Source: a virus. Taken from it: DNA of 38,904 bases. Both the position numbers and the translations under genes were made by a program. The notes under the pieces are model-generated. The model did not search any database. It worked only from the letters and a program-made list of their open reading frames with translations, and was not told the DNA's origin. Location: positions 1 to 38,904 of the IMG/VR virus record IMGVR_UViG_3300030330_005386, one strand, 5' to 3'. Within the stretch, counting starts at the first letter, position 1. Every line of letters starts with the position of its first letter. Shown here piece by piece: positions 34,927-38,904 of the stretch.

Positions 34927-35396
34927 TGAATGTCAGGATATGCCTGTTTGACAATATCATAACTGATTTTGTACTTGTCTGCAAGGTTTTTATCCTTACA
35001 CAGACACAGGATCTCAGCCTCTTCGGGATGCAGTCCTTCAAGCATTTGGATGAACATGGTTTCTCTGCGAAGTCCAGAGAGTCCATCATTACCACCCTTC
35101 ACAAAGTTATAGAGATGCTTGTACTCTCTACGCAAGGAAGTGTGATCTGTACCAACAGGTACTTCGTTCTTATTGAAGGGAACCTCTCCAACAGGAAGAA
35201 CTGAGATCACAGTCTCATCAAAGTTCCAAATAAAAATAGTCTTCAGAGCATCGTTTTCATACTGCCGAAGGATTTCTACTTTCTTTGCCTTTGCACGTTG
35301 CTTGCTTGCAAGTTCAAGAATTTCATGAAGAAAAGGGTTAGGTGGTAGTTCAACCTTCTTCTTCGTCTTCGTCGTAGTCGCCATAATCGTTTTCAA
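34908..35396 (-). CDS. Conserved-type hypothetical phage protein (162 aa)
   Basis: KVEILRQYENDALKTIFIWNFDETVISVLPVGEVPFNKNEVPVGTDHTSLRREYKHLYNFVKGG..., similar to cyanophage proteins of unknown function. Confidence 0.75.
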   Translation of the reverse strand: MKTIMATTTKTKKKVELPPNPFLHEILELASKQRAKAKKVEILRQYENDALKTIFIWNFDETVISVLPVGEVPFNKNEVPVGTDHTSLRREYKHLYNFVKGGNDGLSGLRRETMFIQMLEGLHPEEAEILCLCKDKNLADKYKISYDIVKQAYPDIQWGGRS

Positions 35397-35574
35397 ACCT
35401 TACTGCTAAAATTTCATCAGGTAGAACATTTCCGTTCTCATCAAACATTTCGGGATGAGTATATACTGGTTGGGTATTATAGACGTGTTCTTTTGCAAGC
35501 CATCCTACCATACCTCCAACAAAAAAGAACATTACTGATACCAATGTTCCAATCGTCAATGTTACTGCTAACAT
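35350..35574 (-). CDS. Small single-pass membrane protein (74 aa)
   Basis: LAVTLTIGTLVSVMFFFVGGMVGWLAKEH hydrophobic segment with acidic tail. Confidence 0.65.
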   Translation of the reverse strand: MLAVTLTIGTLVSVMFFFVGGMVGWLAKEHVYNTQPVYTHPEMFDENGNVLPDEILAVRFENDYGDYDEDEEEG

Positions 35575-35595
35575 TTTCCCGTCCTCCGAGAGTCT

Positions 35596-35823
35596 CTATC
35601 TTTTCCGAATATCCAAATAAAAATTGAAGTGGAAAACGATATCTCTCTTGAAAAGAGAAACCATATTTCCAAATCTTATTTGGAAAGTTTTGGGCGGTTC
35701 TGCTCTTCTCCTATTTCTAAGTAATAACTCTACCCCACGATTAAGGTGGGGATCTGGTTTATTTAGAATCTTTTCTTCGCCGTCCAGGTCGTCTATCATA
35801 ACTATACCTTTTAGCATCTGCAA
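35596..35823 (-). CDS. Possible small basic protein (75 aa); region also rich in hairpins
   Basis: ORF with MIDDLDGEEKILNKPDPHLNRGVELLLRNRRRAEPPKTFQIRFGNMVSLFKRDIVFHFNFYLDIRKR; coding status uncertain. Confidence 0.45.
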   Translation of the reverse strand: MQMLKGIVMIDDLDGEEKILNKPDPHLNRGVELLLRNRRRAEPPKTFQIRFGNMVSLFKRDIVFHFNFYLDIRKR

Positions 35824-36157
35824 GGATGCCCTCTAAAAATTTCTTGATCTTTCTTGCTTGCGGTTTAGGAATATGTCCATAACCTTCACGCAATTGTTTG
35901 TGCTCATTATCTTGTCCTCCCTCTAGATATTCTTCTAAATCAAGGACAAGATCTTTTATTTCTTTAGAAGTGCTGCTACTGATAAAGTCATCAGCATCTT
36001 TTCTAGTTGCCTTAATAACTTTAAAGTAATCATAGAGATTTAATCGAAATCTAAATGCCGTGAAGGCATCATCAATCGATTGCTCTATGATTGCGTAGAC
36101 TTCTTGATCCATCAAACCAGCTTGTTTTCTCTTAGATACTTGACAGTTTCTTGACAT
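35759..36157 (-). CDS. Hypothetical protein, probable start MDQEVYAIIEQ (internal)
   Basis: MDQEVYAIIEQSIDDAFTAFRFRLNLYDYFKVIKATRKDADDFISS...; starting there reduces the overlap with the glutaredoxin gene. Confidence 0.65.
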   Translation of the reverse strand: MSRNCQVSKRKQAGLMDQEVYAIIEQSIDDAFTAFRFRLNLYDYFKVIKATRKDADDFISSSTSKEIKDLVLDLEEYLEGGQDNEHKQLREGYGHIPKPQARKIKKFLEGILADAKRYSYDRRPGRRRKDSK

Positions 36158-36369
36158 CCACCAATTAATTCATCATTCAGAACAACGCGAGGGAAAGTAG
36201 ATCCCCTCCCAAACTTTTCATAAAATTCCTCACCGTTAAAATCTCTGCCCAATTTATACTCAACAAATTGTTGTTCGGCAAGACTCAAAGCAGCAATCAC
36301 TTTGGTGCAGTAAGGACAACCGATTTTTGTGTAAATTGCAAAATTACTCATTTCTTTACTGACTCCCAA
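36112..36369 (-). CDS. Glutaredoxin (CPYC)
   Basis: FAIYTKIGCPYCTKVIAALSLAEQQFVEYKLGRDFNGEEFYEKFGRGSTFPRVVLNDELIGGCQETVKYL; probable start MSNF at internal Met. Confidence 0.92.
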   Translation of the reverse strand: MGVSKEMSNFAIYTKIGCPYCTKVIAALSLAEQQFVEYKLGRDFNGEEFYEKFGRGSTFPRVVLNDELIGGCQETVKYLRENKLV

Positions 36370-36992
36370 TCGTTTTCAAAAATTTCCATTCCTTTATCGG
36401 TAAGGATGTGATCGTACATTTGATCGAATACCTTTGGTGGCATCGTGCAGATCTCAGCACCATTATACCATGAACGGATGGCTCTTTGCACGCTACGAAT
36501 GGAAGCAGAGAGAACTTGTGTCTTCACACCATGAACACGATACAGTTCAGAGATGGAACGAACTACCTCAAGTCCTGCAACTGATTGATCGTCGAGTCGT
36601 CCAACAAAAGGAGAGACATAAGTGGCACCCGCTTTGGCAGCCAGAACCGCCTGTGCGGCGCAGAAGATCAGAGTGACATTTACCTTAATACCTTGCTCTG
36701 AAAGGCGCTTACAGACGATCAGGCCTTCTCTGGTGCAGGGAACTTTGATGGTAGCAACATTGCCAAACTTTTCGTAGAGACGAATGCCCTCATCATACAT
36801 CTCAAGATCAGAACCCATCACTTCCATGCTGATGTCTGTGACACCCATATCCTTGATCTCTTGGTAAACATCCTCTGGATTCTTACCACTTTTCATAATC
36901 AGAGTTGGATTGGTTGTCACTCCATCTACCAACCCAGTAGAAAAATACTTTGCGATAATATCTGTATCCGCAGTATCTAAAAAGATTTTCAT
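36348..36992 (-). CDS. talC: Transaldolase (TalC/FSA-like)
   Basis: MKIFLDTADTDIIAKYFSTGLVDGVTTNPTLIMKSGK...IKVNVTLIFCAAQAVLAAKAGATYVSPFVGRLDD. Confidence 0.97.
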   Translation of the reverse strand: MKIFLDTADTDIIAKYFSTGLVDGVTTNPTLIMKSGKNPEDVYQEIKDMGVTDISMEVMGSDLEMYDEGIRLYEKFGNVATIKVPCTREGLIVCKRLSEQGIKVNVTLIFCAAQAVLAAKAGATYVSPFVGRLDDQSVAGLEVVRSISELYRVHGVKTQVLSASIRSVQRAIRSWYNGAEICTMPPKVFDQMYDHILTDKGMEIFENDWESVKK

Positions 36993-37024
36993 TAAAAAAG
37001 GGCGATTGATACGCCCTTTATATA

Positions 37025-37240
37025 TCAGTTTTCGTCTTTGTTGTAAAGACTTTCTAGTCGATCTCTTGTCATATCAACATACATGACTTCATCACCAGGT
37101 TGAGGTGCTTCAGGATGACGTGGTTTTGGTTTATTCATCTCCACATTTATGGATTGAATGTTACTCCACATCATCGCAAAGGCAGCGCCTGCGATAACAG
37201 CAAAACAAGAAAAGTAAACAAAGACGAGCCAACCGTTCAC
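37025..37240 (-). CDS. Small membrane protein downstream of psbD (71 aa), GTG start
   Basis: [31 protein letters not shown]...; start codon overlaps psbD stop. Confidence 0.75.
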   Translation of the reverse strand: MNGWLVFVYFSCFAVIAGAAFAMMWSNIQSINVEMNKPKPRHPEAPQPGDEVMYVDMTRDRLESLYNKDEN

Positions 37241-38298
37241 AGTGCGTTACCTCTAGGAAGAACTTCTTCTGGGAACACAAACTGTTCATGTGGTTGATCT
37301 ACTGGTGCCATCCAAGCACGTAAACCTTCATTCAAAAGAATATTCTTGGTATAGAAAGTCTCAAACTCAGGATCTTCTGATGCCCTTATTTCTTGTGAAA
37401 CAAAGTCATAAGCGCGAAGGTTGAGAGCAAGGCCAATAATACCGATGGAACTTGTCCAAAGGCCCATAACAGGAACAAACAGCATAAAGAAATGCAACCA
37501 CCTCTTATTGCTAAACGCAATACCGAAGATCTGACTCCAGAAGCGGTTTGCTGTAACCATTGAATAGGTTTCTTCTTCTTGAGTGCTGTCAAATGCTTTG
37601 AAAGTATTTGCTTGATCACCATCTTGATACAAGGTGTTCTCTACTGTAACACCATGAATTGCAGAAAGCAATGCTCCTCCAAGGATACCCGCAACACCCA
37701 TCATGTGAAAGGGGTTGAGTGTCCAGTTATGAAATCCTTGTAGAAAAAGTAGGAATCTGAAGATTGCCGCGACACCAAAGCTCGGCGCAAAGAACCAAGA
37801 CGATTGTCCGAGAGGGTAGATGAGAAATACACTAACAAATACGGCAATAGGGCCCGAAAAAGCAATCGCATTGTAAGGACGGATTCCGATAAGACGTGCA
37901 AGTTCAAACTGACGCAGCATGAAACCAATCAGAGCGAAGGCACCGTGGAGCGCCACAAAATTCCAGAGTCCCCCAAGTTGGAGCCAGCGTTGGAAATCTC
38001 CCTGAGACTCTGGACCCCAAAGTAGAAGAAGAGAATGGCCCATAGCATCAGCAGGAGTTGACACTGCCGCTGTAAGGAAATTAGCACCCTCAAGGTAACT
38101 AGACGCCAACCCGTGAGTGTACCAACTGGTAACAAACGTCGTGCCAGTAAGCCAGCCGCCAATTGCAAGATAAGCAGTGGGAAAAAGAAGTAATCCAGAC
38201 CAACCCACAAAGACAAAGCGATCTCGTTTAAGCCAGTCATCCAGGACATCGAACCATCCCCTCCCTTGTTGTGTTTGTGAAAGAGTTGAAGTTGTCAT
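37237..38298 (-). CDS. psbD: Photosystem II D2 protein
   Basis: Full-length 353-aa D2: [50 protein letters not shown]...[12 protein letters not shown]. Confidence 0.99.
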   Translation of the reverse strand: MTTSTLSQTQQGRGWFDVLDDWLKRDRFVFVGWSGLLLFPTAYLAIGGWLTGTTFVTSWYTHGLASSYLEGANFLTAAVSTPADAMGHSLLLLWGPESQGDFQRWLQLGGLWNFVALHGAFALIGFMLRQFELARLIGIRPYNAIAFSGPIAVFVSVFLIYPLGQSSWFFAPSFGVAAIFRFLLFLQGFHNWTLNPFHMMGVAGILGGALLSAIHGVTVENTLYQDGDQANTFKAFDSTQEEETYSMVTANRFWSQIFGIAFSNKRWLHFFMLFVPVMGLWTSSIGIIGLALNLRAYDFVSQEIRASEDPEFETFYTKNILLNEGLRAWMAPVDQPHEQFVFPEEVLPRGNAL

Positions 38299-38324
38299 GA
38301 GTAATATTACTTAACATTTTTAGA

Positions 38325-38354
38325 GAAAAAAATAGAGGATCCGAAGATCCTCTA
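38325..38354 (-). terminator. Rho-independent terminator downstream of psbA
   Basis: Minus strand TAGAGGATC-TTCG-GATCCTCTA followed by TTTTTTT. Confidence 0.9.
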
Positions 38355-38373
38355 AGAAATATGTTGCGTTAAA

Positions 38374-38904
<531 letters not shown>

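Overview
The window is a block of a T4-like cyanobacterial myovirus (cyanophage) genome. From left to right it carries glycine-rich tail-fibre/adhesin genes, two tRNAs, and a minus-strand baseplate/tail module (hub, tape-measure-like proteins, T4_baseplate/gp26-like chaperone candidate, tail-tube-like protein). A short plus-strand island follows (gp4, conserved hypothetical, gp48-like, gp53-like). A minus-strand replication/late-transcription block comes next (gp32, hypothetical, gp59-like, 2OG-Fe(II) oxygenase, gp33-like, PD-(D/E)XK nuclease, phoH, thyX), and finally auxiliary metabolic genes (speD, glutaredoxin, talC, psbD, psbA). The strongest finding is a complete candidate programmed -1 ribosomal frameshift cassette at the end of the gp26-like gene. 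It consists of an internal GGAGGG, the heptamer T TTT TTC, a 7-nt spacer and a 7-bp stem-loop. It opens onto a 55-aa ORF missing from the supplied track, directly upstream of the tape-measure-like gene. This is the layout of the lambda G/GT tape-measure chaperone system. Other observations are a glutaredoxin paralogue with both catalytic Cys replaced by Ser, tandem paralogous tape-measure-like proteins (one with a GH19 domain), a stand-alone copy of a fibre C-terminal domain, a Cys-free gp32, and several RNA-structure candidates and terminators. All assignments are by reading motifs and family recognition; no searches were run.
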